From the NCBI RefSeq assembly GCF_003019035.1, contig NZ_CP027447.1: a stretch of DNA of 64,000 bases; one strand, 5' to 3'. The DNA comes from Escherichia coli. GTDB lineage: Bacteria > Pseudomonadota > Gammaproteobacteria > Enterobacterales > Enterobacteriaceae. The notes under the pieces were generated by a model. That model was not told where the DNA came from. It ran no database searches and worked only from the letters and a program-made list of their open reading frames with translations. Shown piece after piece: positions 34,316 to 44,032 of the stretch; the stretch's first letter is position 1, and each line of letters begins with the position of its first letter. Both the position numbers and the translations under genes were made by a program.

Positions 34316-35038
34316 ATGAACTGGCCTCAAATCACCCTCATTATTCTGTTCGCCTTTGGTCTGGGCGTAACCGCCATCAGACACGGAGAACCACGTAACG
34401 ATAAATACAGCTTCTGGTGGCAGCTTGCTGGCAACCTGGTGATTGTCTGGCTGCTCTGGTGTGGCGGCTTCTTCAGTCAGGCCCGCGCAGCGCAGCCTCC
34501 GCAGGCTGCGCTGCAGTATCGCGATGATGTGATCCGTAATGCCCGGCTTGAATGGGGACTGTCTGCGCCGGTGGCCGATTTCGCTGCGCAACTGCATCAG
34601 GAAAGCGGCTGGCGACCTGATGCGGTCTCGCCGGCTGGCGCTCAGGGACTGGCGCAGTTCATGCCCGCCACTGCTGACTGGATAAGTCAGCTGATGCCGG
34701 GGCTTAACAGCCGTGAGCCGTTTAATCCGGCATGGGCCATCCGGGCGCTGGTCAGCTATGACCGCTGGCTGTGGCAGCGCGTCAGCGCCGCCAGTGACTG
34801 CGAACGTATGGCCATGACACTGTCGGGCTATAACGGTGGTCTGGGCTGGGTACAACGGGACAGGCAGCTAGCATCACAGAAAGGCCTGGACAGTACCCGC
34901 TGGTTCGGGCATGTCGCCACGGTGAATGCCGGACGCAATGCTGCCAGCTGGCGGGAGAACCGCCATTATCCGCAGCGCATCCTGCACGAACTGGCCCCCC
35001 GTTATCTGACATGGGGGGGCGGCAGCTGTGTGGACTAA
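34316..35038 (+). CDS. membrane-anchored lytic transglycosylase (endolysin, SLT domain)
   Basis: SLT motif LHQESGWRPDAVSPAGAQGLAQFMP, preceded by two hydrophobic helices. Confidence 0.8.
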   Translation: MNWPQITLIILFAFGLGVTAIRHGEPRNDKYSFWWQLAGNLVIVWLLWCGGFFSQARAAQPPQAALQYRDDVIRNARLEWGLSAPVADFAAQLHQESGWRPDAVSPAGAQGLAQFMPATADWISQLMPGLNSREPFNPAWAIRALVSYDRWLWQRVSAASDCERMAMTLSGYNGGLGWVQRDRQLASQKGLDSTRWFGHVATVNAGRNAASWRENRHYPQRILHELAPRYLTWGGGSCVD

Positions 35039-35681
35039 CCTGCTAAAAAATCTGCCGTGGCGCAGTCTGCTGCTGGCTGTGCTCATAAATGCTTTTCTGA
35101 TTGGACTTTATTACCTGGGCTACAAAAGCGGGCATGAAAACGCCACGCGCGACGGCGATAAGGCGATCAGTGAGTTGCAGTCAGCATTCGACACATACAA
35201 AACGGAGCAGGCAATGCTTGAGAACGCTGCGTTGCGAGCATGGGCAAAACGGTATCAGGAGCAGGTGGCCGCCGGGCAGCGGGCTGAAGCCGGTTATCTT
35301 GAGCAGATTGCTCAACTGGAGAGCCGGAACAAACAACTACAGGGGCAAATTAACGATGTCACACAGCGCTGGATTGATGAAAAAGGTAAGAGCCATCCCA
35401 TTGAGTGCGTGTTTACTCGCGGTTTCGTGCGCCAGTACAACGCCGCACTCGGGTATGACAACGCATCCGTCGACACCGGTCATTCAGACGCAACTGCCGC
35501 CGCTGGCACCGGCACTGGCGCAGCGACCGGGCAACCTGAAACCGCTGACGCCCGGTTACGCAATTCGGGTGTCTCCCAGCGTGACGTCCTCGCCAACATC
35601 ATCGACAACGCAGGGCAATGTCGTCGCTGGCGAAACCAGATAAACGCGCTGCTGGATGAACGGGAAGGATTACAGAAATGA
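35028..35681 (+). CDS. Rz-like i-spanin
   Basis: N-terminal TM (LLLAVLINAFLIGLYYLGY) followed by a long coiled coil. GTG start overlapping the end of the endolysin gene. Confidence 0.7.
   Translation: MWTNLLKNLPWRSLLLAVLINAFLIGLYYLGYKSGHENATRDGDKAISELQSAFDTYKTEQAMLENAALRAWAKRYQEQVAAGQRAEAGYLEQIAQLESRNKQLQGQINDVTQRWIDEKGKSHPIECVFTRGFVRQYNAALGYDNASVDTGHSDATAAAGTGTGAATGQPETADARLRNSGVSQRDVLANIIDNAGQCRRWRNQINALLDEREGLQK
35377..35643 (+). CDS. Rz1-like o-spanin embedded in the +1 frame of the Rz-like gene
   Basis: MKKVRAIPLSACLLAVSCASTTPH... has a lipobox-like AVSC and then a Pro/Thr-rich 88-aa product. It lies wholly inside 35028..35681. Confidence 0.65.
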   Translation: MKKVRAIPLSACLLAVSCASTTPHSGMTTHPSTPVIQTQLPPLAPALAQRPGNLKPLTPGYAIRVSPSVTSSPTSSTTQGNVVAGETR

Positions 35682-36004
35682 CACTGCAGGTTGAATTCTG
35701 GACGGTGGTGAGTTTTCTGCTCACCTTCATGGGGTTTGTTGGAGGGCTCGCCAAATGGTTGTTCAGTAAAACAGAAGAACGCCAGGCGGCACGATTCGCC
35801 TCCCTTGAACAGGCCCTGCAACAGTCCGCCTCCAACTGGGGCGAGCTGGAAAAGGAATTTATGCGATTTAAAGCGGATTTACCGCTGAATTATGTCCGTC
35901 GCGAGGATTATATCCGTGGCCAGACAGTCATCGAGGCCAAACTGGACGCACTTTACAACAAACTGGAAGTGGTACAGCAGTACCGCAATACCGGAGGTCA
36001 ATAA
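35678..36004 (+). CDS. small membrane protein (108 aa; Mu gp25/DUF2730-like by position)
   Basis: One N-terminal TM followed by a coiled coil. ATGA overlap with the Rz-like gene. Confidence 0.5.
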   Translation: MTLQVEFWTVVSFLLTFMGFVGGLAKWLFSKTEERQAARFASLEQALQQSASNWGELEKEFMRFKADLPLNYVRREDYIRGQTVIEAKLDALYNKLEVVQQYRNTGGQ

Positions 36005-36315
36005 TGGTCGATATTACCCGGGTACGCCGCGAATCCCTGCGCTGGAGTCTGCTGGTTGCCCTGAACAAAACCCGCCCTTACACCGCCAGCGAAACGTTGC
36101 TGCTGGACGTGTCCCGTGCCATCTACCCGGACACCACGCAACTGGAGCTGCGCCGGGAGCTTGATTATCTGGCAGATCGCAAAATGGTGGAGCTGGAGAA
36201 GAGACCGTCCGGTGACTGGTTTGCCGATCTGAGTCGCCTTGGTGTGGATATTGTGGAATACACCGTGGAATGCGGCCCGGGTATTGCCCGCCCGGAAAAA
36301 TACTGGAGTGAGTGA
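36004..36315 (+). CDS. hypothetical protein (103 aa)
   Basis: Its start overlaps the upstream stop (TAATG). No motif was recognised. Confidence 0.5.
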   Translation: MVDITRVRRESLRWSLLVALNKTRPYTASETLLLDVSRAIYPDTTQLELRRELDYLADRKMVELEKRPSGDWFADLSRLGVDIVEYTVECGPGIARPEKYWSE

Positions 36316-36317
36316 TT

Positions 36318-36866
36318 ATGGGACGTCGCAGCAGCATTGATTCTCTGCCGACGGAGGTCCGCCGCTGGCTGGAGCGGGCACTGACGGAGAATAACTTCAG
36401 TGGATATGCCCGGCTGGAAGCCCTGCTGAAGGAGAAGGGATACGTCATCACCCGCTCTTCCCTGCAGCGGTTTGGCTACAAAATGGAGCGACAACTGGCC
36501 CGCATCCGCGCCGCCACCGAGGCCGCGCGTCTGATGGCGCAGGAAGCCGGTGACGAGGCGGACGATCGTTCTGCCGGGATGATGGCACTGATTCAGACCG
36601 AGATGCTGGATGTTCTGATGCGTCTGCAGGAAATCGGGGAAAGTGATGATCCTGCAAAACGCGCAAAACTGCTGGCCACTGCTTCGGAAAGTATAGCCAC
36701 ACTGGTACGGGCTTCGGTGACCCACAAGCGATTCCGGGCCGAGGTGCTGGCAAAAATTGAGGCGCGGATGAATGCTCTGGAAAAACAGGCGAAGTCCGGC
36801 GACACCCGCCTGAGTCTGGAAACCCTGAAGATGGTGCGGGAACAGATTTACGGGGTGATCTCATGA
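36318..36866 (+). CDS. DUF3486 / Mu gp27-like small terminase subunit
   Basis: MGRRSSIDSLPTEVRRWLERAL... is the characteristic Mu gp27-family N-terminus. Confidence 0.75.
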   Translation: MGRRSSIDSLPTEVRRWLERALTENNFSGYARLEALLKEKGYVITRSSLQRFGYKMERQLARIRAATEAARLMAQEAGDEADDRSAGMMALIQTEMLDVLMRLQEIGESDDPAKRAKLLATASESIATLVRASVTHKRFRAEVLAKIEARMNALEKQAKSGDTRLSLETLKMVREQIYGVIS

Positions 36867-38179
36867 CAGCGGCCATTCAGCTGTATCCCTATCAGCAGTC
36901 GTGGTTTCTGGATCGTGCCCGTTTCAAGATTGGTATGTTTGCCCGTCAGACGGGCAAGACGTTCACCACCACGCTGGAACTGGTTGATGACTGTTTTGAA
37001 ACGGAGGCCTCAGGGGGACGTACACGCTGGGTGATCCTCTCGCGCGGGGAGCGTCAGGCAAAAGAAGCCATGGTGGAGGGGGTGAAAAAACACTGCAGCG
37101 CCTACCGGATGGCGGCCCGTGAGGTGGAAAGTTATTACCGTGCTGAAAGCGGCGAACGCTACACCATGCTTGAGGTGGAGTTACCCGGCGGCTCCCGTAT
37201 CACGGCCCTGCCGGCGAATCCCGACACGGCTCGTGGGTTTGCGGCTAACGTCTTTCTGGATGAGTTCGCCTTCCATGCCGACAGTCGCAAAATCTGGACC
37301 GCTCTGTTTCCGGTCATTTCCAACGGCTACAGACTGCGTGTGACATCGACACCGAACGGCAAGGGAAACAAGTTTTATGAACTGATGACCAGCAACGCCC
37401 TTGAAAATGTCTGGTCACGTCACATCGTGGATATTTACCGTGCCGTGCGTGATGGTCTGCCGCGGGATATTGCACAGATGCGACAGGCGCTCAACGATGA
37501 TGACGCCTGGGCACAGGAGTTTGAACTGAAGTGGCTGGATGAGGCATCGGCCTGGCTGACGTTTGAACTGATTGACGGCGTGGAGCACGATGCTGCCGGG
37601 CTGCCGGTGCACTATACGGGTGGCCCCTGCTTTGTGGGGGTGGATATTGCTGTTCGTAATGACCTGTTTGTCATCTGGGTGCTTGAACAGGTGGGGGATG
37701 TCTACTGGACCCGGGAAATCATCACCCGTAAACGGGCCACCTTTGCTGAGCAGGATGCTTTGCTGGATGACGTATTTTTCCGTTACCGCGTGCTGCGCTG
37801 CTGTATGGATCAGACCGGGATGGGAGAAAAGCCGGTGGAGGATGCACAGGGTCGCCATGGCAGAAGCCGTGTGGAGGGGGTGATATTTAACAGCCCGAAC
37901 AAGCTCACCCTCGCGACCCGTGGCAGGGAGATGTTTGAGGACCGCCGCCTGCGTATTCCGGCGGGAGATGTGGTCCTGCGCAGTGATCTGCATAAACTTC
38001 GCAAGGTTACCGGGCCTACCGGAACTCCCCGCTTTGTGGCCGAAAGTGATGCAGCAGGTCACGCCGACCGCACATGGGCCTGTTTTCTGGCAATAAACGC
38101 CACTGACGGACCGTCAGGGCCGGTGATGGCCCGTTCGCGTCACCGCCGTGAGGCTGGTCATATACTGGAGGGATTCTGA
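36863..38179 (+). CDS. terminase large subunit (Mu gp28-like)
   Basis: 438 aa with Walker A-like ARQTGKTF. It sits between the DUF3486 gene and the portal gene. Confidence 0.85.
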   Translation: MTAAIQLYPYQQSWFLDRARFKIGMFARQTGKTFTTTLELVDDCFETEASGGRTRWVILSRGERQAKEAMVEGVKKHCSAYRMAAREVESYYRAESGERYTMLEVELPGGSRITALPANPDTARGFAANVFLDEFAFHADSRKIWTALFPVISNGYRLRVTSTPNGKGNKFYELMTSNALENVWSRHIVDIYRAVRDGLPRDIAQMRQALNDDDAWAQEFELKWLDEASAWLTFELIDGVEHDAAGLPVHYTGGPCFVGVDIAVRNDLFVIWVLEQVGDVYWTREIITRKRATFAEQDALLDDVFFRYRVLRCCMDQTGMGEKPVEDAQGRHGRSRVEGVIFNSPNKLTLATRGREMFEDRRLRIPAGDVVLRSDLHKLRKVTGPTGTPRFVAESDAAGHADRTWACFLAINATDGPSGPVMARSRHRREAGHILEGF

Positions 38180-39675
38180 TGGCGAGGGGTATCTGGGTTT
38201 CACCCGATGAATTTGTTGCTTTTTCTGAGCCTCAGAAATCACTGACCGCGCAGATTGCCTCCCGCAGCCGCGCGATCGACTTTTACGGACTGGGCATGTA
38301 TCTGCCCAATCCTGATCCCATTCTCAAGGCTCAGGGACGGGATATCCGTATCTACCGCGAACTGCGCACCGACCCGCTGGTCGGGGGCTGTATCCGCAGA
38401 CGTAAAGCAGCGCTCAAATCGCTGGAGCGTGGACTGGAGCGCGGTCACGCTTCTGCCCGGGTCTTCCGTTTCATCCGCGACATGCTCGACGATCTGGATC
38501 TGTCCCGCATCATCGGTGAGATGAGCGATGCCGTGCTCTACGGGTATCAGCCCTGTGAAATCATGTGGGGCCGTTCGGTCAGGGCGTGGGCGGTGACGGA
38601 TATTGTCGGCAAACCGCCTGAGTGGTTTCAGTTTGATACGGACAACTGCCTGCGCTTCCGGGCGCGTGATGCGGGTGTGGAGGGTGAGCTGCTGTCACCG
38701 TCAAAATTCGTGGTGCCGGCACAGGATGCCTCGTATGACAATCCTTACGGTTTCCCTGACCTGTCCATGTGCTTCTGGCCGGTCGCCTTCAAGAAAGGCG
38801 GGATGAAATTCTGGCTCCGCTTTGCCGAAAAGTTTGGCTCCCCATGGGTGATCGGTAAGCACCCGAGGGGTGCAAATGATGCAGAGATTGAAAAACTGCT
38901 GGACTCCATGGAGCAGATGGTGGAGGACGCGGTGGCCGCCATCCCTGATGACAGCAGCATCGAACTCAAAGCAGCGGATGGCAAGGCGGACAGCAGCGAG
39001 GTATTCCGCGAGCTGATCACACTGTCACGCAGTGAGATCTCCATTGCATTACTCGGTCAGAATCAGACCACGGAAGCGAACAGTAACAAGGCCTCTGCAC
39101 AGGCCGGGCTGGAGGTGACGGCTGATATCCGCGATGCGGATGCGGACATCATTCAGGCGGCAGTGAATCAGGTCATAAGAACGGTGGTCACCCTGAACTT
39201 CGGCGATGTGCCGTGTCCGGTCTGGGCCATGTGGGAACAGGAGGCCATTGATGACACCCGTGCCACCCGCGACGAAAAACTCACCCGGGCGGGTCTGCGT
39301 CTGACCCCGCAATACTTCAAGCGTGAGTACCAGCTGCAGGACGGCGATATTGACGAGACACCACCGTCAGAACGCGAGAAGAACATGCTGCCGCTGTCAT
39401 TTGCCGAGGCGATTGATGCCGATATTCAGGCTCAACAGCAGCTTGACGACGCGCTGGACATTCTGATGAACGGAGGTGTGTTAAATGGCACGCTGGAACC
39501 CGTCCTGGCACCTCTGTTTAAGCGGGTCGAAAACGGGGTTAACCCGTCTGAGCTGCTGGGCGAACTGGCGGAGCTCTACCCTCAGATGAACACGGACGAT
39601 CTGCAGGAACGGCTGGCCCGCATTCTCTTTGTGGCAAATATCCGGGGGCGTCTGCATGAGCGTGACAACGGCTGA
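38179..39675 (+). CDS. portal protein (Mu gp29 / DUF935-like)
   Basis: 498 aa. YLPNPDPILKAQGRDIRIYRELRTDPLVGGCIRRRK is the typical N-terminal pattern. Confidence 0.85.
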   Translation: MARGIWVSPDEFVAFSEPQKSLTAQIASRSRAIDFYGLGMYLPNPDPILKAQGRDIRIYRELRTDPLVGGCIRRRKAALKSLERGLERGHASARVFRFIRDMLDDLDLSRIIGEMSDAVLYGYQPCEIMWGRSVRAWAVTDIVGKPPEWFQFDTDNCLRFRARDAGVEGELLSPSKFVVPAQDASYDNPYGFPDLSMCFWPVAFKKGGMKFWLRFAEKFGSPWVIGKHPRGANDAEIEKLLDSMEQMVEDAVAAIPDDSSIELKAADGKADSSEVFRELITLSRSEISIALLGQNQTTEANSNKASAQAGLEVTADIRDADADIIQAAVNQVIRTVVTLNFGDVPCPVWAMWEQEAIDDTRATRDEKLTRAGLRLTPQYFKREYQLQDGDIDETPPSEREKNMLPLSFAEAIDADIQAQQQLDDALDILMNGGVLNGTLEPVLAPLFKRVENGVNPSELLGELAELYPQMNTDDLQERLARILFVANIRGRLHERDNG

Positions 39676-40477
39676 ACTGGCGTACTGCATGACGCTTCCC
39701 CCGAAGCGGGCAGTCAGTTACCTGAAGTCCAAAGGGTATCAGATTACCTGGGACTGGGAAGAAATGTGGCAGGAAGCCCATGCCCGCGCCTTTACCGTCG
39801 CTAAAGTGACCCGCCTGGATATTCTGGAAGATATTCGCGGGGCACTGCAGCAGGCTGTCGATGAAGGAAAAACCGATCGCTGGTTCCGGCAGGAGCTGGA
39901 GCCGGTGCTGAAGCGTAAGGGATGGTGGGGACCACGTGACACGACTGACCCGGTAACGGGTGAGCCGGTCACCATTCAGCAGGGCAGCCCGTGGCGGCTC
40001 GACACCATCTTTCGCACCAATATGTCCGTACTCTACAGCGCCGGTCGTTGGGCGGAGCAGATGGAAAACGTCGACGACAGGCCGTACTGGATGTATACCG
40101 GCATCAACGACAGCCATACCCGCAGGAGCCATCTGGCGCTGCATGGTCTGGTGCTGCGCTGGGATGACCCGTTCTGGCAGGCATTTTACCCGCCGAACGG
40201 CTGGCGCTGCCGCTGTAGTGTGATTGCCCTGAGTGCGGCGGATGTACGTGCCCGGGGCCTGAAGGTTATCAGCTCCGGCTCTGCCATGGGCCAGGAACTG
40301 AAACTGGTCTCAGAGAAAACCGGCGAAATGCGGAACGTGGCCACCTTTAATACCGGCACCACGAAGGTGACCACCGACGTCGGCTGGTCTTATGCACCGG
40401 GGGCAGCATACCGTCCCGACCTGGCCCGCTATCAGGGTACGCTTCAGCCACTGGCACAACAGGAACTGAGAGGATAA
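39656..40477 (+). CDS. Mu F-like (gp30) head morphogenesis protein
   Basis: WDWEEMWQEAHARAFTVAKV...HTRRSHLALHG...PPNGWRCRCSV are Phage_Mu_F hallmarks. Confidence 0.8.
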   Translation: MSVTTAELAYCMTLPPKRAVSYLKSKGYQITWDWEEMWQEAHARAFTVAKVTRLDILEDIRGALQQAVDEGKTDRWFRQELEPVLKRKGWWGPRDTTDPVTGEPVTIQQGSPWRLDTIFRTNMSVLYSAGRWAEQMENVDDRPYWMYTGINDSHTRRSHLALHGLVLRWDDPFWQAFYPPNGWRCRCSVIALSAADVRARGLKVISSGSAMGQELKLVSEKTGEMRNVATFNTGTTKVTTDVGWSYAPGAAYRPDLARYQGTLQPLAQQELRG

Positions 40478-40479
40478 CA

Positions 40480-40938
40480 ATGGCTTCCGATAACCTGGTC
40501 AGTATCACCATTAACGATAAATCCCTGCGCCGGAGCCTCCGTGCGCTGGATCTTGCTGCCACAGACCTGGAGCCCGCGATGCGCAAAATCGCCGGAACCC
40601 TGCTGGCGGAAACACAGTTTAACTTTCTTGATGAGGGGCGTCCGGGGTGGATGCCCTCGCTGGCAGCGGAAGAACGTGACGGGCAGACACTGCAGGATAC
40701 CGGGCGTCTGATGGGGTCAGTATCAACCGACCATGACGCCCGGCAGGCTGTTGTGGGGACCAACGTTGTTTACGGTGCCATTCACCAGTTCGGGGGTAAA
40801 ACGGGGCGTAATGAGTCTGTTGAACTTCCGGCCCGCCCGTTCCTGCCGGTGACGGGGGATGGAGAACTACAGCCTGAAGTGGTAATCCCCATCCTCGATA
40901 CCATTGTCCGCCATCTTGAATCAGCGGCCCGTCGCTGA
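40480..40938 (+). CDS. virion morphogenesis protein (Mu G / gp31-like)
   Basis: 152 aa. VVYGAIHQFGGKTGRN...LPARPFL is the typical motif. Confidence 0.75.
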   Translation: MASDNLVSITINDKSLRRSLRALDLAATDLEPAMRKIAGTLLAETQFNFLDEGRPGWMPSLAAEERDGQTLQDTGRLMGSVSTDHDARQAVVGTNVVYGAIHQFGGKTGRNESVELPARPFLPVTGDGELQPEVVIPILDTIVRHLESAARR

Positions 40939-40980
40939 GTTTTCTCTCTTCAGGCGGGTGATTTATCATTGCCAGCGAAT

Positions 40981-41026
40981 GAGGGGCTGTATTACCTTTA
41001 TAAAGGCTTTACAGCCTCTGTTTTAT
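40981..41026 (+). terminator. hairpin plus T-run ending the first late unit
   Basis: GAGGGGCTGTA...TACAGCCTC with an inner palindrome CCTTTATAAAGG, followed by TGTTTTAT. Confidence 0.55.
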
Positions 41027-41089
41027 AACCGCTTCCGGTTCACCGCATTGCTTTCCCTGTCCTTCTCCCCTGATGTTTTCTAAAGCAGA

Positions 41090-41128
41090 TTAAAATCGCC
41101 GGGCCTGCATTTCTCACAAACTGTCTCC
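41090..41128 (+). promoter_or_regulatory. late-promoter-like bipartite motif, copy 2 (upstream of the protease/scaffold gene)
   Basis: TTAAAATC at 41090 and CTGTCTCC at 41121, with the same 31-nt spacing as copy 1. Confidence 0.4.
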
Positions 41129-41152
41129 GACAACATAACGCGGGACAGCAAA

Positions 41153-42268
41153 ATGTCAGCCATTCACATTTTTAAAGCCGGTACTCATACCGATATGCAC
41201 GGCAAAAAACTGCCGTTCACGCCAGACGATCTTGCCGCCTGCGTGAAAGCCTATGACCCGTCCGTCCATGAAGCACCACTCGTGATTGGTCATCCCAGAA
41301 CGGAAGACCCGGCGTGGGGCTGGGTGAAAGCCCTGTCGCTCAGCGGCGTCGATCTGATGGCAGAGCCTGCCCAGCTGGACCCGCAGTTTGCTGAGATGGT
41401 CACCGACGGACGATTCAAAAAAGTGTCCGCCTCTTTCTACCTCCCGGATTCACCGTCCAATCCGAAGCCCGGCGTGCTCTACCTGCGCCATGTGGGCTTT
41501 CTCGGGGCACAGCCACCTTCCGTCAAGGGGCTGAAACAGGTGTCCTTCAGTGAGCAGGAAGAAGGTGTGGTGGAGTTCGCCGACTGGCAGGCCATCACGA
41601 ATGCCTCCCTGTGGGGAAAGCTGCGCGATTTTCTGATCGCCCGCTTCAGTCTGGACGAGGCAGAAAAAGTCCTGCCGGAATGGCAGCTCAACAGTCTGCG
41701 CGAAGAGGCGTACCGCGACACACTGTCGCAGGATGCAGCAGGTGCCCAATTCAGTGAGACAGGCCCGGGGCCGTCTTCCGCAAGTAACGAGGAATCATCG
41801 ATGACAAAAGAAGAGATTGAAGCCCTTCAGGAGGAGAACCGCCGCCTGAAGCAGCAGGCTGCTGATCGCGATGCGCGTGATGCACAGGTCAGACAGGAGC
41901 AACTGCATAAGGACAATGTGGCCTTTGCAGAAAAACTGGTCGCAGAGGGCCGTCTGGCTCCCCGCGCCTCCTCCGTGGTGGTTGCCCTGCTGGATGCCGT
42001 CGCCGGTGGCGACAAGCCGGTGGAGTTTGCTGAGGGGGAAAGCCGCACACCGCTGGCCACCGCCTTTCGTTCATTGCTCTCCGACGGGGAGCCGGTGATG
42101 AATTTCGCCGAACAGGCCACAAAAGAGCGTGTCGGCGACACGGTGAAGGTGGATGTGGCGGAGTTTGCGGAAGCCGATCCTGAGCGTCTGGCCCTGCATC
42201 AGAAAGCAGTGGCCCTGTCCAAAAAAGAAGGCATCAGCTATGAGGCTGCTGTCGCACGCTGCCTGTAA
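41153..42268 (+). CDS. head protease/scaffold protein (Mu gpI-like)
   Basis: The N-terminal HIFKAGTHTDMHGKKLPFTPDDL...VIGHPRTEDPAWGWV pattern is followed by an Ala/Glu-rich coiled-coil C-terminal half. It lies immediately before the capsid gene. Confidence 0.7.
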   Translation: MSAIHIFKAGTHTDMHGKKLPFTPDDLAACVKAYDPSVHEAPLVIGHPRTEDPAWGWVKALSLSGVDLMAEPAQLDPQFAEMVTDGRFKKVSASFYLPDSPSNPKPGVLYLRHVGFLGAQPPSVKGLKQVSFSEQEEGVVEFADWQAITNASLWGKLRDFLIARFSLDEAEKVLPEWQLNSLREEAYRDTLSQDAAGAQFSETGPGPSSASNEESSMTKEEIEALQEENRRLKQQAADRDARDAQVRQEQLHKDNVAFAEKLVAEGRLAPRASSVVVALLDAVAGGDKPVEFAEGESRTPLATAFRSLLSDGEPVMNFAEQATKERVGDTVKVDVAEFAEADPERLALHQKAVALSKKEGISYEAAVARCL

Positions 42269-42282
42269 TTTAAGGAGAAATC

Positions 42283-43236
42283 ATGTCTGATTACTTAAAA
42301 GGTAAACGTGTCGTTGATCCGGTACTGACCAGTATCGCCCGTGGCTATAAAAATGCCGCATTCATCGGCGAACGTATTTTCCCCGTCGTGCTGACGGACA
42401 AGGAAGGCGTGCGTGTACCGACCTTCGGGAAAACCGCCTTTGTGGAATATGACACCGAGCGCGCCGTCGGGGCGGACAGCAATGTTCTGGTCCGTGAGAA
42501 AACCGGCACGCTTGATCTGGTGCTGGGTGAACACGATCTGGCAGCGCCGGTGGATTACCGCGAACAGGCGGAGTCCATGTTTAACGAGGAGAGCAAGGCC
42601 ATCCGTCGCGCCACGAATGGCGTGAACCTGCGCCGTGAACTTATCGCTGCCCGTCTGGCTCAGGATGAAAAGGTCTACCGTACCGGACACGTCAAAAAAC
42701 TGACGTCCGGCGACCGCTGGGCCGGTGGTAAGGGTGACCCCATCGGGGTGATTGAAGCCGGTATGGAAGCGGTCCGTACGGCCACAGGGCTGCGTCCTAA
42801 CCTGATGACCATGGGTGCCGGCGTGATGGCGCTGCTGAAGTTCCATCCAGCACTTCAGGCAGCCATCGGAGCCAACGAGCGTAAGCGCATCACCACGGAG
42901 ATCCTGCAGGACCTCTTTCAGATCGAAGAGATCGTCATCGGTGCTCCTGTTTCCCTGCCATCCATGAAAGCGGCAATGGATAAAAACAGCGTGCCGGCGG
43001 ATATCTGGGGAGACAACCTGATGCTGCACTATGTCGGCAAACCGCAGCCCGGGGCGGACAGCGCGGACGAGAACGAGCCGTCCTTCGGCTACACTCTGCG
43101 TCGTAAGGGGATGCCTGTTGCTGACAAATACGACGGAGCCGGTGGCAAGGTGAAGTACTGCCGTTATACCGATATCTACAAAGTCGCCGTGGTTGGTGGC
43201 GATGCCGGGTATCTCATCACCGGTATCAGTAAATAA
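42283..43236 (+). CDS. major capsid protein
   Basis: 317 aa. The call is by position (after the scaffold gene, before the DUF2190 gene) and size. SD AAGGAGA. Confidence 0.75.
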   Translation: MSDYLKGKRVVDPVLTSIARGYKNAAFIGERIFPVVLTDKEGVRVPTFGKTAFVEYDTERAVGADSNVLVREKTGTLDLVLGEHDLAAPVDYREQAESMFNEESKAIRRATNGVNLRRELIAARLAQDEKVYRTGHVKKLTSGDRWAGGKGDPIGVIEAGMEAVRTATGLRPNLMTMGAGVMALLKFHPALQAAIGANERKRITTEILQDLFQIEEIVIGAPVSLPSMKAAMDKNSVPADIWGDNLMLHYVGKPQPGADSADENEPSFGYTLRRKGMPVADKYDGAGGKVKYCRYTDIYKVAVVGGDAGYLITGISK

Positions 43237-43245
43237 GGAGGCGTT

Positions 43246-43584
43246 ATGGGAACCACTCAGCAGGTCATTCTGATTACAACCGTAACGGCAGGGGCAGAAC
43301 TGGCACAGCAGCGTTTTGTCGGGGCAGATAATACCCCCTGTAAAGCCGGTGCCGCAGCGCTCGGGGTTGCCGATGTGGATGCTGTTACCGGCGACAGCAC
43401 GCCGGTGAGCGTTCTGGGCATTATTGCTGTTGAGGCCGGTGCTGCGGTCAGCCGTGGTGTGGCTGTTCAGTCAGATGCTCAGGCCAGAGCCGTGCCGCAG
43501 TCCGGCGACGGTAAATCCTGTGGTATTGCACTTGATGAAGCCGGGGGTGAAGGCGACGTCATTCGTATCCTGCGCGGGGTGTGA
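43246..43584 (+). CDS. DUF2190-like head decoration/cement protein
   Basis: 112 aa, Ala/Gly/Val-rich, ending GDVIRILRGV. This is typical of the small beta-protein encoded after capsid genes. Confidence 0.6.
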   Translation: MGTTQQVILITTVTAGAELAQQRFVGADNTPCKAGAAALGVADVDAVTGDSTPVSVLGIIAVEAGAAVSRGVAVQSDAQARAVPQSGDGKSCGIALDEAGGEGDVIRILRGV

Positions 43585-43585
43585 C

Positions 43586-44032
43586 ATGTACTGCACCCTG
43601 GAGGATTTGCTTGCGCAGGTGCCGGAACGAACGCTGATCGAGCTCACCAGTGAAGAGATGGACTTCGACTCGCCTGCAACAGTGAATACCCGTGTGGTGG
43701 ACAGCTGTATCCGCTATGCCGACGAGCTGATTGATGCCCATCTGCGCGGACGCTATATCCTGCCACTGGCAGAGATACCGACTGTTCTGCGGGACATTGC
43801 CATCACGCTGGTCCGTTACCGGCTCTACGCCCGCCGCCCGGAAGGTGACCTCCCGGATACGGTGAAGGATGACCACAAAGAAGCGCTGCGGCAACTCAGG
43901 GAGTTACGTGATAACAGGCTCACGCTGGGGCTGCCGTCCACTCAGAAAGATGTGCCTGAGCCTGGCGAGTTTCGTGTACGCAGCCGCCTGGCCACTTTCG
44001 GCGGTCGTGACGGTTTACTGGAGAAATACTGA
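43586..44032 (+). CDS. head-tail connector protein (Mu gp36 / DUF1320-like)
   Basis: MYCTLEDLLAQVPERTLIELT...ADELIDAHLRGRYILPL is the characteristic DUF1320 start. The listed longer ORF was trimmed. Confidence 0.65.
   Translation: MYCTLEDLLAQVPERTLIELTSEEMDFDSPATVNTRVVDSCIRYADELIDAHLRGRYILPLAEIPTVLRDIAITLVRYRLYARRPEGDLPDTVKDDHKEALRQLRELRDNRLTLGLPSTQKDVPEPGEFRVRSRLATFGGRDGLLEKY

Noticed and set aside
34232-34855. 207-aa minus-strand ORF across the holin/endolysin genes; similar minus ORFs at 36014..36876
   Set aside because: They are Arg/Pro-rich antisense reading frames of GC-rich late genes. The sense-strand products carry clear SLT and DUF3486 motifs.
42295-43029. 244-aa minus-strand ORF inside the capsid gene, and similar cases at 44668..45540 (290 aa) and 46167..46742 (191 aa)
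   Set aside because: They are antisense to the capsid, sheath and tube genes, which are well supported. They have no start context and would break the uninterrupted late-operon organisation.
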